Shown one piece after another: positions 17,751 through 28,004 of a stretch of DNA of 32,000 nt. Source of the DNA: Fibrobacterota bacterium (GTDB lineage Bacteria; Fibrobacterota; Chitinivibrionia; Chitinivibrionales; Chitinispirillaceae); contig JAEZKP010000017.1 of NCBI GenBank assembly GCA_023436145.1, forward strand, positions 1 through 32,000, written 5' to 3'. The notes below the pieces were generated by a model. It made no database searches. It saw only the letters and a program-made list of their open reading frames with translations, and was not told where the DNA came from. The position numbers were made by a program, and so were the translations under genes. How positions within the stretch are numbered: the stretch's first letter is position 1; every line of letters begins with the position of its first letter.

Positions 17751-20459
17751 TCAGTAGGCAAATCTTATCTGTTTGGTGGATAGCACAACGCCATTTACTT
17801 CGATTGTTAAAGGCCACGGACCAGAACCACCAAAGTAATACTTGTTCCATTCCCAGAATTGAATTACGTGAGCTCCCTGCCTGCCATCAAGGGTTCCACT
17901 AAGAGTATCCCAATTTCTCTTGATTTTGTACTGGATAGTTGCGCCATTCATCGATGCAGGAACATTATACTGAATAAATACCGGAGTGTTAAATGGAACC
18001 GGATCGGGGCTGACATCAAAAGTAATTGCGTGTGCATTATCCAAAACCGTAATGATAATTGTGTCACTCGAAACCGCTCCATCATCATCGGTCACCTGCA
18101 GACAGACTTGGTGTACTCCCACATACAAAGTAACCAAACCGGTTCTGCCGGTTGCGGCTAAAACACCATCAATATACCAATCGTAGCTGAGAATACTGCC
18201 ATCCACATCAGTGCTGAGGGAACCATCCAGAGAAACACTTTCACCATCTCCACCTATATCGACCACCGTAAACGAATTCCCGGCAACAGCAACAGGTGGA
18301 ATATTTCCGGAAGGCGGCGTGCCATATAACAGGACATTAGATTCTGAGTAGATACAGATGCGGTTATTTTCTATAAATGCAGATGAAAGATTGTTGGAAT
18401 AATCATTTGTCTTATCCCATGGCGAATAATCGGTATAGTGAAGCCCTATTACTACGCCACTGGAATTAGGAAGACTCTGACCAGGTTGAATGGTTACACC
18501 GGTAAAATCATAGATGATTTTGTAGAAAGATCCGGCAACTGAAACAAGTGAAACGGAACAACCAGCAGTGTAATATTTTTCCAGTACAGGTGTTTTTCCG
18601 TTTTCTACCATAAAGTAATATTCAACTTTGAAATTGGAGACAGCTGTACTCCCGGTATTGACAACATAAACCCGTGGATTGGATTGATAAATACTGGAGA
18701 GCTGTTCTTCATAGAAGTAAACCTCAAGGAAATTATCGACTACAGGCTTTCTCACCTGGACAGTAAATGATTGCATTACCGGCACAACCGTTCCGGGTGT
18801 TTTGGCATTTAAGATCACATTGAAATCACCTTCAGCGGAAGGTGTACCTCTAAGCGTAGCTGTACCATTACCATTATCAATAAAAGACATCCATGAAGGC
18901 AAAGTGGCTGCCTCTATCGTTATAGTACGTCCATCCGGATCAGTAACAGCAATATTATAGATGTATTCATCACCGGTTAGGGCACTGGTTACCGGAGTAC
19001 TGGTGAAAAAAAGAGGCTCATCAGTGTGTAACCAGCATAATTTATGGTAATTGTAAACACACCTTTTGAAATACAATCCCTGACTTGCAGAAGTAAGCAT
19101 GTGAGTGGAATCAAGATCTTCATCCAACGGGAAATCCAATATTTTTTCTGTTCCTGCCACAGTCCCATCCGTGCGGGCCAGAGAAACGATGGTAGTGGCA
19201 TAAGGAAAACAAAAACCCTGATCATCACAGATTGTTTCAACCGTAGTGTTTTTATAGATGAAATAGAGTTTTCCATCAACATGGGTGGTAAGATCTGTGG
19301 GGTTACTGTTATTGGTGACAGACATCTGCGGTTGCAAATCCATAAACATCACTGTGCCATTTGTGGTTCCATCAGTACGCCACAACTCCCTGCCGTGGAC
19401 CCCATCATTGGCATCGAAATAAAGGTAGCCATTATAAACTTTAAGTTCAGTAATATCTGAACCGGCAGGCCCGGGGTTTATATCTTTAACCATATAGGTT
19501 CCAGCCTCAGTGCCATCGGTTTTCCACAGCTCTCTTCCATTAGCACCATAGTCAGGTAAAAAATAAAGTTCATTATTGAAAACACAGAATAGCGGTGGTG
19601 TCACCCAGTTATTTTTGTTGAAAGCATGGCCATTCTGCACTATATCCTTAACCATCGTAGTGCCGGCTCCAGTACCATCGGATCGCCATAATTCCAGTCC
19701 ATGTTTGTCGTCCTCTGCAAGAAAATAGAAGTACCCATTACACTCTGTAAACTTATAAACCGGTTCCAGATAATCGAATGAATAGCCAATAGTCAGTGCG
19801 TAACTTTGAACCGATTCATGCGGACCCGGCCAGATGTCTTTTACCATATACGTTCCAGCTGCGCTTCCATCGGAAGTCCAGAGCTCATATCCATATGCGG
19901 GATGGCTTGCAAAAAAATAAAGTTTATTATTAAATGCAGTTAAGCGGGATGGGAAAAATTCATCCTGGCCGGGTCCTATATCGACAACAATATTGGCAGT
20001 ATTAGTCTTTGTGTTATATACCCAGAGTTCATAACCAGTGGAAGTATCATGTTTTCTGAAGTAAAGAGTATCACCTATAGCCACAGGTTCTCCGACCCGC
20101 TCGGCTACAACTTCCACACAACTTGTACCCCCTTCAATCTTCCAAAGAGAATTGAAATATCTCCCGTAATATCCGGTTGACAGATCATTAAAGCAATAAT
20201 AAACATCACCATTAATCAAAGTAAAATCCATCGGGCCGTTCTCAGAATAATTACCAGGGTACAAATTTGTTTTCACACCGTTTCTTATTACACTTACAGA
20301 ACCTGCCTTTCCGCCATCTCTGCAGTTCAGATACAAAGCATCACCAATCAATGTAGCCGAACGAATGTAGTTAATACCGGGAATGGTATCAACCAGATAC
20401 TGGGATACTGCAGGTATCACACATAAAACAATACTGCTGAGAAACAATCTGATATTCAT
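17751..20459 (-). CDS. Large secreted ELWxxDGT-repeat protein with cadherin-like Ig, CBM3-like and PKD domains
   Basis: It has a signal peptide. There are five clear repeats of G(Y/L/R)ELW(x)(S/T)DGTxAGTxMVKDIxPG at aa 143, 191, 255, 309 and 358, plus two degenerate ones. A dystroglycan/cadherin-like segment is present (YNIAVTDPDGRTITIEAATLPSWMSF...GTATLRGTP). A CBM3-like segment spans aa 577-716 (NTGSTAVSNFKVEYYF...TNDYS...LLYGTPP). A PKD-like segment spans aa 722-805 (SLDGSLSTDVDGSILSYDWYIDG...VTDDDGAVSSDTIIITV). AAGGAGG SD lies upstream. Confidence 0.8.
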   Translation of the reverse strand: MNIRLFLSSIVLCVIPAVSQYLVDTIPGINYIRSATLIGDALYLNCRDGGKAGSVSVIRNGVKTNLYPGNYSENGPMDFTLINGDVYYCFNDLSTGYYGRYFNSLWKIEGGTSCVEVVAERVGEPVAIGDTLYFRKHDTSTGYELWVYNTKTNTANIVVDIGPGQDEFFPSRLTAFNNKLYFFASHPAYGYELWTSDGSAAGTYMVKDIWPGPHESVQSYALTIGYSFDYLEPVYKFTECNGYFYFLAEDDKHGLELWRSDGTGAGTTMVKDIVQNGHAFNKNNWVTPPLFCVFNNELYFLPDYGANGRELWKTDGTEAGTYMVKDINPGPAGSDITELKVYNGYLYFDANDGVHGRELWRTDGTTNGTVMFMDLQPQMSVTNNSNPTDLTTHVDGKLYFIYKNTTVETICDDQGFCFPYATTIVSLARTDGTVAGTEKILDFPLDEDLDSTHMLTSASQGLYFKRCVYNYHKLCWLHTDEPLFFTSTPVTSALTGDEYIYNIAVTDPDGRTITIEAATLPSWMSFIDNGNGTATLRGTPSAEGDFNVILNAKTPGTVVPVMQSFTVQVRKPVVDNFLEVYFYEEQLSSIYQSNPRVYVVNTGSTAVSNFKVEYYFMVENGKTPVLEKYYTAGCSVSLVSVAGSFYKIIYDFTGVTIQPGQSLPNSSGVVIGLHYTDYSPWDKTNDYSNNLSSAFIENNRICIYSESNVLLYGTPPSGNIPPVAVAGNSFTVVDIGGDGESVSLDGSLSTDVDGSILSYDWYIDGVLAATGRTGLVTLYVGVHQVCLQVTDDDGAVSSDTIIITVLDNAHAITFDVSPDPVPFNTPVFIQYNVPASMNGATIQYKIKRNWDTLSGTLDGRQGAHVIQFWEWNKYYFGGSGPWPLTIEVNGVVLSTKQIRFAY

Positions 20460-20860
20460 GTACCTACCTCCTTCTGGAGAACTGAAAAGAGTGTGATTAT
20501 GATGTAAAGCTGACGGTAAAATAATAAAATATCAACCACCTGAATTCTTTTTCTTATCACATACCGGATGCGGACAGGATTGTATTTACATTTCATACAT
20601 TACAATATAATGAAATCAGACTGTTATATAACCGGTCATTTTTATCAACAGACTATGAATCCAGCTGAATTTATTTTGCCAATTTAATTTCTTTTTGTCC
20701 ACAAGAAAAATCGACTTTATAAAACTTTAATTTCTTCTGCGGTAGCACCAAACATAAAGAAGTTTATATTCACCGGAATAAAAATGAATATTAGGACTTT
20801 TTTAAACGAACTTTATGATCTATTTTCTGAGACTGTTCCACAATTAACCGAAAGATTGTT

Positions 20861-22147
20861 ATGATAAAGGAAGCATTGGAATACCATGAAATGGGCAGAA
20901 AAGGCAAAATCGAGGTAATCCCGACAAAACCCTGCCGCACTCAAAAAGACCTCTCTCTGGCATATACGCCCGGAGTTGCAGAGCCCTGCCGCGAAATTGC
21001 GAAAGATCCTGATTCTTCTTACCGTTTTACTGCCCGGGGAAATCTGGTTGCGGTAATCTCTAACGGCACAGCTGTTTTGGGTCTGGGCAATATTGGTGCC
21101 CTGGCTGGAAAACCTGTAATGGAAGGGAAAGGGATTCTTTTCAAGCGTTTCGCGGATATTGATGTTTTCGACATTGAAATAGATGAAAAAGACCCAGAAG
21201 AACTGGTAAAAATCATCTCCAGACTGGAACCGACCTTTGGTGGAATAAATCTGGAGGATATCAAAGCCCCGGAATGTTTCTATATAGAGGAACAGTTGAA
21301 AAGGAAAATGAATATTCCGGTTTTCCATGATGACCAACATGGTACGGCTATAATCTCCGGAGCTGCGCTGCTCAATGCTGCCAAACTTCAGGATAAAGCC
21401 CTCTCAGAATTAAAAGTGGTCTTCTCCGGTGCAGGCGCAGCAGCAATCTCATGTGCGAATCTTTATATCAAGCTTGGAGTCAACCCGGAAAACCTTCTTC
21501 TGGTAGATAGCAAAGGTGTTGTTTTCGAAGGCCGGCAGCAGGGTATGAATGTTTATAAACAACCATTTGCCCGTCAAACTTCAAAACGAACTCTTATGGA
21601 TGCAATGGAAGGTGCAGATCTTTTCGCTGGCTTAAGCACCGCCGGTCTGGTTTCTGCTGAAATGGTAAAATCTATGGCAGAGAAACCTATAATTTTCGCC
21701 ATGGCTAATCCCGATCCGGAAATTAGTTACCCTGATGCAGTTGCTGCCAGAAAAGACCTTATTATGGCTACCGGTCGATCCGATTTTCCAAATCAGGTAA
21801 ATAACGTTCTTGGTTTTCCTTTCATCTTCAGAGGAGCACTGGATGTCAGAGCATCCACCATTAACGAAGAGATGAAAATCGCCGCAACCTATGCTCTGGC
21901 CTCTTTGGCAGAACGGGATGATATTCCCCAGGCGGTGCTCAGAGCTTACGGGTTAAACTCACTTACTTTCGGCCCTGAGTATATCATTCCTAAACCTTTG
22001 GATCCCCGGGTTCTGGTTGAAGAAAGTATAGCCGTAGCCAAAGCGGCTATTGAAACTGGTGTAGCCCGCAACCCCATCGATCTTTCTGAATACAGGGGAC
22101 AGTTGATTAAACTTAGTGAAAAAATTGCCGATTCAAATCAAGTATGA
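20861..22147 (+). CDS. NAD(P)-dependent malic enzyme (short, about 430-aa type without a PTA-like domain)
   Basis: Blocks seen are [86 protein letters not shown] and ANPDPEI. Confidence 0.93.
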   Translation: MIKEALEYHEMGRKGKIEVIPTKPCRTQKDLSLAYTPGVAEPCREIAKDPDSSYRFTARGNLVAVISNGTAVLGLGNIGALAGKPVMEGKGILFKRFADIDVFDIEIDEKDPEELVKIISRLEPTFGGINLEDIKAPECFYIEEQLKRKMNIPVFHDDQHGTAIISGAALLNAAKLQDKALSELKVVFSGAGAAAISCANLYIKLGVNPENLLLVDSKGVVFEGRQQGMNVYKQPFARQTSKRTLMDAMEGADLFAGLSTAGLVSAEMVKSMAEKPIIFAMANPDPEISYPDAVAARKDLIMATGRSDFPNQVNNVLGFPFIFRGALDVRASTINEEMKIAATYALASLAERDDIPQAVLRAYGLNSLTFGPEYIIPKPLDPRVLVEESIAVAKAAIETGVARNPIDLSEYRGQLIKLSEKIADSNQV

Positions 22148-22989
22148 GAACAATTAATTATCAAACAATTGTTGACGCGGTAAGCGATCTTTGTATTCAG
22201 GCTGCATATCAGCTTCCGACCGATGTGCTGAGATCACTACAGGAGTCTGCACTTACCGAAAAATCTGCAGGCGGCCGAAGCATCCTGGAACAATGTATAG
22301 AAAATGCAAAAATTGCCGCTTCTGAGAAAATACCGGTGTGTCAAGACACCGGTTTCGCAGTATTCTTTGTCTCTTTGGGTTCACAGCTTACTATCTCAGG
22401 TGGCACCATTACTGACGCTATCAACAGAGGGGTTGAACAGGGTTACAAACGGGGTTATCTCAGAAACTCAATTGTAAATGACCCCCTGTTTGACAGGTTA
22501 AATACCGGTAATAACACACCTGCTGTCATATCTCTGGAAATTGTACCTGGTGACAAGCTCTCCATAACCATCCTTCCCAAGGGTGGCGGGTGTGAAAATA
22601 TGAGTGCTCTGGCCATGCTAAAACCATCTGATGGAAAAGCAGGCATAATGGATTTTGTGGTCAACACGGTAATAAGAGCAGGGGGAAATCCCTGTCCTCC
22701 GGTAGTTGTAGGTGTGGGTATCGGTGGAACTGCTGATAAGGCGTCCTCTCTTGCAAAAAAAGCACTTCTGCGGCCAACAGGTTCTTCACATCCTGATCAA
22801 CGCTACAGTGAGTTTGAAAAACAGATACTTAACAGGATCAATAGCTGCGGCAATGGCCCTCAGGGCCTTGGTGGTACAACCACCGCACTGGCAGTACACA
22901 TCGAAACATTCCCTTGCCATATAGCATCCCTGCCAGTTGCAGTTAACCTTAATTGCCATGCTGCCAGAAGGGCGGCGGTTATACTCTGA
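22144..22989 (+). CDS. Class I (Fe-S) fumarate hydratase / tartrate dehydratase family, alpha (N-terminal) subunit
   Basis: Conserved CQDTG ([12 protein letters not shown]), LPKGGGCEN and GIGGT blocks are present. The 281-aa size fits the family. The ATG overlaps the malic-enzyme TGA (ATGA at 22144-22147). Confidence 0.9.
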   Translation: MRTINYQTIVDAVSDLCIQAAYQLPTDVLRSLQESALTEKSAGGRSILEQCIENAKIAASEKIPVCQDTGFAVFFVSLGSQLTISGGTITDAINRGVEQGYKRGYLRNSIVNDPLFDRLNTGNNTPAVISLEIVPGDKLSITILPKGGGCENMSALAMLKPSDGKAGIMDFVVNTVIRAGGNPCPPVVVGVGIGGTADKASSLAKKALLRPTGSSHPDQRYSEFEKQILNRINSCGNGPQGLGGTTTALAVHIETFPCHIASLPVAVNLNCHAARRAAVIL

Positions 22990-23008
22990 ATTCTCTATCA
23001 GGTTTACT

Positions 23009-23566
23009 ATGAAAACAATATCAACTCCATTTACAAAAGATCTCTGCACCACTCTTTATGCAGGAGATCAGGTCCTTCTTAACGGTACAATTTTTACCGC
23101 ACGCGATGCAGCCCATAAAAGGCTTTCAGAGCTTATTGGACAATCGCAAAATTTGCCTCTTGACTTTACTGATCAGTTTATCTACTATACCGGACCCACA
23201 CCAGCCATGCCAGGACGTGTAATCGGTGCTGCAGGTCCTACCACCAGCTCCAGAATGGATAAATACACCCCGGAACTCATAGCCAAAACTGGACTCTCCG
23301 GAATAATCGGAAAAGGAAACCGCAGTGATGTGGTAATCGATGCATTCAAGAAATTTAAATGCACCTATTTCGCTGCAGTTGGAGGTGCAGGTGCACTGCT
23401 GGCCAAGTGTATAAAAAAGTGTGAACCTGTACTTTATGAGGATCTGGGGCCGGAAGCCATTTACAAACTGGAGGTCAGGGATTTTCCTCTGATTGTGGCT
23501 ATCGATTGTCATGGAAATAATCTTTACCTGCAGGAACCAGGGAAATACAGCTCTTTAATCACCTAA
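23009..23566 (+). CDS. Class I (Fe-S) fumarate hydratase / tartrate dehydratase family, beta (C-terminal) subunit
   Basis: The 185-aa product reads LKAGD-type start (LYAGDQVLLNGTIFTARDAAHKRL), YYTGP, GPTTSSRMD, IGKG, AVGGAGAL, EAIYKLEV.DFPLIV and D..GNNLY. The ATG at 23009 lies 19 nt after the alpha-subunit stop. Confidence 0.9.
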   Translation: MKTISTPFTKDLCTTLYAGDQVLLNGTIFTARDAAHKRLSELIGQSQNLPLDFTDQFIYYTGPTPAMPGRVIGAAGPTTSSRMDKYTPELIAKTGLSGIIGKGNRSDVVIDAFKKFKCTYFAAVGGAGALLAKCIKKCEPVLYEDLGPEAIYKLEVRDFPLIVAIDCHGNNLYLQEPGKYSSLIT

Positions 23567-23632
23567 TCCTATGACCATCTTTGTCTTAGTCTTAAAATCT
23601 AAAATCTGAAACCTTAAACCTGAGATCAAGAC

Positions 23633-24016
23633 ATGCCCAGAGTAAGAATAGAATCTGTAAAATCAATTGAACACTCAGCTGCTAAAAAGATTATGAATAG
23701 CGTAATGGATGCAATTGTGGAGACATTGAAACTTGTTCCCGATGACCGTAGTGTCTCATTTATTTCCTATGAACCTGAACTTTTCACCTTAAAACCTCCA
23801 TACTTGCTGTTTGTCGAGATCGCCCTGTTTTCCGGACGATCAAAAGCCATAAAAAAATCGTTATACCAGAATATTCTCCAACGGCTGCATATACAATGCG
23901 GTATTGACAAACAAACTGTCATGATTATGCTTAATGAACAGCCTAAGGAAAACTGGGGACTGCGTGGTGGTATCTCTGGCGACGAAATTGATTTTGATTA
24001 CCAGGTAGAAATCTGA
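23633..24016 (+). CDS. Tautomerase-superfamily protein (Tautomerase_2/PF14552-like, Pro-1)
   Basis: It starts MP(R)V, so Pro1 would follow Met removal. The pattern is MPrvrI...(DD)R...........GRS...K..LY..I...L....GI....V.I.L.E....NWG..GG. The length is 127 aa. Confidence 0.7.
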   Translation: MPRVRIESVKSIEHSAAKKIMNSVMDAIVETLKLVPDDRSVSFISYEPELFTLKPPYLLFVEIALFSGRSKAIKKSLYQNILQRLHIQCGIDKQTVMIMLNEQPKENWGLRGGISGDEIDFDYQVEI

Positions 24017-24290
24017 TTTTTCGCAATCTCATTCTGATGGCGGGCGATTCAATCGGTTAATAAATCTGCTCCGGTTTCAGGAAATCTGCTGATTATACTT
24101 CTTTTTTTTCTCCATTTCTGACAAACCTGAAAAGCTATGCAACAATTGGGCCTTTTTTTCAACACACTCTCCCTATCTTCCCCTATTGTAAGAAGTTTCA
24201 GCTTTTAAACCAATACACAGTTTTCCCGTATAGCACACCTTTTGCTATATGGGGATAACTGTCGAGTATGACCATTATAAGAGGAAATAA

Positions 24291-27200
24291 ATGAACACAA
24301 TCTGTCTTCTTCTGACCGATAAAATTTACCAAAAACAGCTTAAAGAATCGCTGATCGGTCAATATGTAATAGTCGACTATAATGAAGACATTACGGAACA
24401 GTCTTTTGATTTATTCATCACCGACATCCAGACTCTTGAACAGTTCGATTACCAGATCAGACAACTGAGACAAAATATCTCACCAGTGTGCATACCGGTT
24501 CTTCTTACAATTTCTTCTGAAAAGGACCGTTTTGCAAACCAGAGCTTGATGGAAATTGTAGATGATACAGCAGATAAAGATATTGACATTTCGCTGTTAT
24601 TAATGCGTATACGTGCTCTGTTACGCATTAATAACCTGAGCAGAGAATTGCATGAACAGAAAATCAATGTGTATGAAAACAATGTTTTCAAAACTATCCT
24701 GGCTCATCTTCCTCTCGATCTTTTGGTAGTAAAGTACCCGGATGCGCAGATAATTGCCATGAGCAACCATCTGAGAAATTTTATCGGTAATATTGAAGGG
24801 CAGAGTGCTTATAACAGTACCGTAGATAACAGTTTTCATCAACCCGGAAAGTCAACCTCAGATAAAAAAAGTCTTCCTATCTACCGGGCTTTGGAAAAAA
24901 ACGAACTGGTTTCCAATGAAGAATGGATTCTGGAAAAAGATGGTGGAAAAAAGAGATTCTTGCAAATAAATGCATCTCCAATTCTCGGTAGTTCTGGAAA
25001 AGTGGAAGGAGCGGTCATTATTGGCCTGGATATTACCAGACACAATCAGATTCAAAATGAGCTGAAGGCCGAGCGACAGCTGCTGGAAACCCTTATCGAG
25101 AACATTCCGGTGATGATAAAGTTATACGATCAACAGATGAACATTGTTCATGTCAATCAAACATTTCAAATTCTGACCGGATGGTCAGATGTAGATGCCA
25201 GAGAAAAAAATCTTATGGAACTGGCCTACCCGGATCAGGAATACCGGCAAATGGTTGCCAGGTACATGCTCAGCCGTCCCACCGGTTTTACTGATTTTAA
25301 AATGAGAACCAGCAATGGAAAAACTCTGGACAGTTCCTGGTCATTTATCAGAACAGCTGATGGCAGACTGGTAGGTATCGGAATCGATATAACAGAACGG
25401 AAAAAAAATGAGGAAATGTTATATCGCACTCATCAGAAATACCGCGACCTCTTCAACTCTATTGACGAAGGGTATTGTATAATAAAGATAATATTTGATA
25501 GCCATGGCCACCCCTTTGACTTTAATTTTCTGGAAGTTAACAAGTCATTTACAATGCAAACTGGTATTAAAGAACCAGTCGGCAGATGCATGCGTGAAAT
25601 TGAACCTTCAATAGAAAAAGAGTGGATTGAGATTTTCGGAAATGTCTCACTTACCGGCAAACCGGCACGGTTTACCAAAGAATTAAAATTATTAAATCGC
25701 TGGTTTGATGTGTATGCTTTTAGCTTAGGAGCCCTTGAGAATCAGCAGGTGGCCGTTGTTTTCAATGATGTTTCAGGCCGGATTGCCTCCGAAATTGCGC
25801 TCAGAGAAAGCGAGGATCGCTTTCATACTCTCGCAGATAATATCTCTCAGCTGGCCTGGATGGCTACTCCTCAAGGAGAAATCTTCTGGTTTAATAAACG
25901 GTGGTATGAATTTACCGGTACAGATTATGAAACAATGAAAAAAGAAGGATTAAAAAGAATTATCCATTCCGATCATCTGGATCATGTTTTGCACAGCTTT
26001 CAAAAAGCACTACAGAGTGGCTCACCATGGGAGAATACTTTTCTTATGCTGAGAAGCGATGGCAAATATTGCTGGTTTTTAACCAGAGCAATGCCTATTC
26101 GTGACAGATCAGGAACTATAACCCGCTGGTTCGGAACAAATACCGACATTTCAGAAATTAAGCAGGTTCAGGAGGAACTGAGTATCTCTGCTCAACGTTT
26201 CGAACGGATAATATCATCACAGATCATAGGAACCTGTATTTCAGATTTAAAGGGTAATATCCTGTACGCAAATGATTATTTCCTTAACACAATAGGATAT
26301 TCCCGCGATGATCTTGATAAGCATGTTATTACCTGGCAAAAAATAACCCCTCCCGAATATTATTCAATGGACATTGAATCTTTTGAAAAGATGCAAAGGA
26401 GTGGTTCGATAAAACCTTATGAAAAGGAATATATCAGGCAGGATAACTCAAGAGTCTGGATTCTTCTTGCTGCTACCACACTTCCGGGACCACAAGAGCA
26501 GGTTCTGGTTTTTGCTCTCGATGTAACAGACAGAAAAAAGGCATTGATTGAGGCTCAGAACAGACGGGCAGAAATTGAAGCCATACTCAGCTCATTTCCG
26601 GATGGTTACATAATTTATGACAATGAAGGTAATATTCTTCAGATGAATAACCTGGCTGCAAAAATCACCGGCATCAGTACAGTTGGTACAGCCCTAAGCG
26701 GAACAGAGCATCTGCAGAAAAGTCTGACTCTGATGACTGCAGATGGCCAACCGTTCCCTGCAGATATGACTCCTAATAATCGTGCTTTACATGGAGAAAC
26801 GATCCGCAATGAAATCGTATGCGTCAAAAGACCGGACCGGGAGTATTGGATTTCAGTTAGTGCGTCACCTATTTCTGCAGATGGATTGAACGGTGCTATT
26901 ATGGAATTTTCCGATATTACCAAAATGTATAACTTACAAAAGCAACTCACTGAAGAGCGTAACTTTGTTGATGCAATTTTTGAAACCGCAGGAGCTTTGA
27001 TTACGGTGATGAGTAGAGATTACCACTTTATCCGGTTTAACAGAGCCTGCGAAAAACTTACCGGTTATAGTTCCGCTGAAGTCAACGGACGCTCTATATT
27101 CGATCTTTTTATTCTCAAAGAAGAAGTTGATCTGGTTAAAAATATTCAACAAAGGCTTCTGAATGGCGAAACAATTATCGAATATGAAAACCACTGGGTC

Positions 27201-28004
27201 ACCAGATCAGGTGACAAAAGATTTATTCGATGGCAAAGTTCAACCCTTTCTGATCAATCCGGAAATATTGTTCACATTATCACCACCGGTACAGATATCA
27301 CCAATCGCAAAATGCTCCAGGAACAACTCTCTGCCAGCTACCGTGAAATGGAATCTTTCTCCTACTCCATTTCTCATGATCTGCGCGGACCTTTAGGTAT
27401 CATTAAAGGATTTGTTGATATACTTTACGAAGATTACTGCGGCATTCTTGGTGAAGAGGGGTGTGGTTACCTTAAACTGGTAAATGATAATGTATCCAAA
27501 ATTCAGCAATTGATTACAAGTCTGCTTAATCTCTCAAGAGTGGGAAGACAGGAAATTAAGAGAGAAAAGCTAAATTTAAGCCGTATAATAAAAGAAATTC
27601 TTCAGGAGCTCATAAGACAAGATTCCCAACGTAAAGTTAACATAATAATAAAGCCAAATGTCTTTGCAATTGCAGATCCTCATCTGATTCAACTGGCTCT
27701 GGAAAATCTTCTGCGGAATGCCTGGAAATTTTCCTCAAAAAAAGAGACTACCCGTATAGAATTTGGATATGATATGCGTAATGGGAAAAAAATTTTCTTT
27801 ATAAAAGATAATGGTGCCGGATTTGACATGAAATTTGTCGAGAAAATTTTCCAACCATTTCAGCGAATACACAAAGAAAAGGAATTCAGCGGAACAGGTA
27901 TAGGTTTATCTATTGTATTACAGGTTATAAAGCGTCACCATGGAAAATTATGGGCAATTGGAGAAAAGGACAAGGGAGCTACATTCTATTTTACTCTGGA
28001 CTAA
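24291..28004 (+). CDS. Soluble multi-sensor histidine kinase: N-terminal receiver-like domain, about 7 PAS/PAC domains, HisKA and HATPase_c
   Basis: The REC-like N-terminus has LLLTD, DLFITD, VLLTIS and ADKDI at the canonical positions. There are seven successive PAS-type segments, several ending in (D/N)I(T/S)(E/D/N/H)RK. The H-box is FSYSISHDLRGPL, the N-box LENLLRNAWKF, G1 DNGAGF and G2 GTGIGLS. No TM helix is seen. AGAGGAAA SD lies upstream. Confidence 0.9.
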   Translation: MNTICLLLTDKIYQKQLKESLIGQYVIVDYNEDITEQSFDLFITDIQTLEQFDYQIRQLRQNISPVCIPVLLTISSEKDRFANQSLMEIVDDTADKDIDISLLLMRIRALLRINNLSRELHEQKINVYENNVFKTILAHLPLDLLVVKYPDAQIIAMSNHLRNFIGNIEGQSAYNSTVDNSFHQPGKSTSDKKSLPIYRALEKNELVSNEEWILEKDGGKKRFLQINASPILGSSGKVEGAVIIGLDITRHNQIQNELKAERQLLETLIENIPVMIKLYDQQMNIVHVNQTFQILTGWSDVDAREKNLMELAYPDQEYRQMVARYMLSRPTGFTDFKMRTSNGKTLDSSWSFIRTADGRLVGIGIDITERKKNEEMLYRTHQKYRDLFNSIDEGYCIIKIIFDSHGHPFDFNFLEVNKSFTMQTGIKEPVGRCMREIEPSIEKEWIEIFGNVSLTGKPARFTKELKLLNRWFDVYAFSLGALENQQVAVVFNDVSGRIASEIALRESEDRFHTLADNISQLAWMATPQGEIFWFNKRWYEFTGTDYETMKKEGLKRIIHSDHLDHVLHSFQKALQSGSPWENTFLMLRSDGKYCWFLTRAMPIRDRSGTITRWFGTNTDISEIKQVQEELSISAQRFERIISSQIIGTCISDLKGNILYANDYFLNTIGYSRDDLDKHVITWQKITPPEYYSMDIESFEKMQRSGSIKPYEKEYIRQDNSRVWILLAATTLPGPQEQVLVFALDVTDRKKALIEAQNRRAEIEAILSSFPDGYIIYDNEGNILQMNNLAAKITGISTVGTALSGTEHLQKSLTLMTADGQPFPADMTPNNRALHGETIRNEIVCVKRPDREYWISVSASPISADGLNGAIMEFSDITKMYNLQKQLTEERNFVDAIFETAGALITVMSRDYHFIRFNRACEKLTGYSSAEVNGRSIFDLFILKEEVDLVKNIQQRLLNGETIIEYENHWVTRSGDKRFIRWQSSTLSDQSGNIVHIITTGTDITNRKMLQEQLSASYREMESFSYSISHDLRGPLGIIKGFVDILYEDYCGILGEEGCGYLKLVNDNVSKIQQLITSLLNLSRVGRQEIKREKLNLSRIIKEILQELIRQDSQRKVNIIIKPNVFAIADPHLIQLALENLLRNAWKFSSKKETTRIEFGYDMRNGKKIFFIKDNGAGFDMKFVEKIFQPFQRIHKEKEFSGTGIGLSIVLQVIKRHHGKLWAIGEKDKGATFYFTLD

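Noticed and set aside
17751-18035. C-terminal approximately 95 aa of the ELWxxDGT protein as a T9SS C-terminal sorting domain
   Set aside because: The sequence (…GPWPLTIEVNGVVLSTKQIRFAY) does not show the usual T9SS CTD pattern by eye. Strong SD usage also argues against a Bacteroidia-type host. I left it unassigned.
20460-20860. 400-bp AT-rich divergent intergenic region with an imperfect palindrome ATTTCAT-N13-ATGAAAT (20590-20616)
   Set aside because: These are 7-bp AT-only arms in an AT-rich region, so chance occurrence is likely. There is no second copy and no adjacent regulator gene. It probably contains only the two divergent promoters.
20813-21340. 175-aa minus-strand ORF overlapping the malic enzyme start
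   Set aside because: The opposite strand encodes a highly conserved malic enzyme. The minus-strand product has no motifs and no SD.
23126-23512. 128-aa minus-strand ORF
   Set aside because: It is antisense to the fumarase beta subunit and is a shadow ORF.
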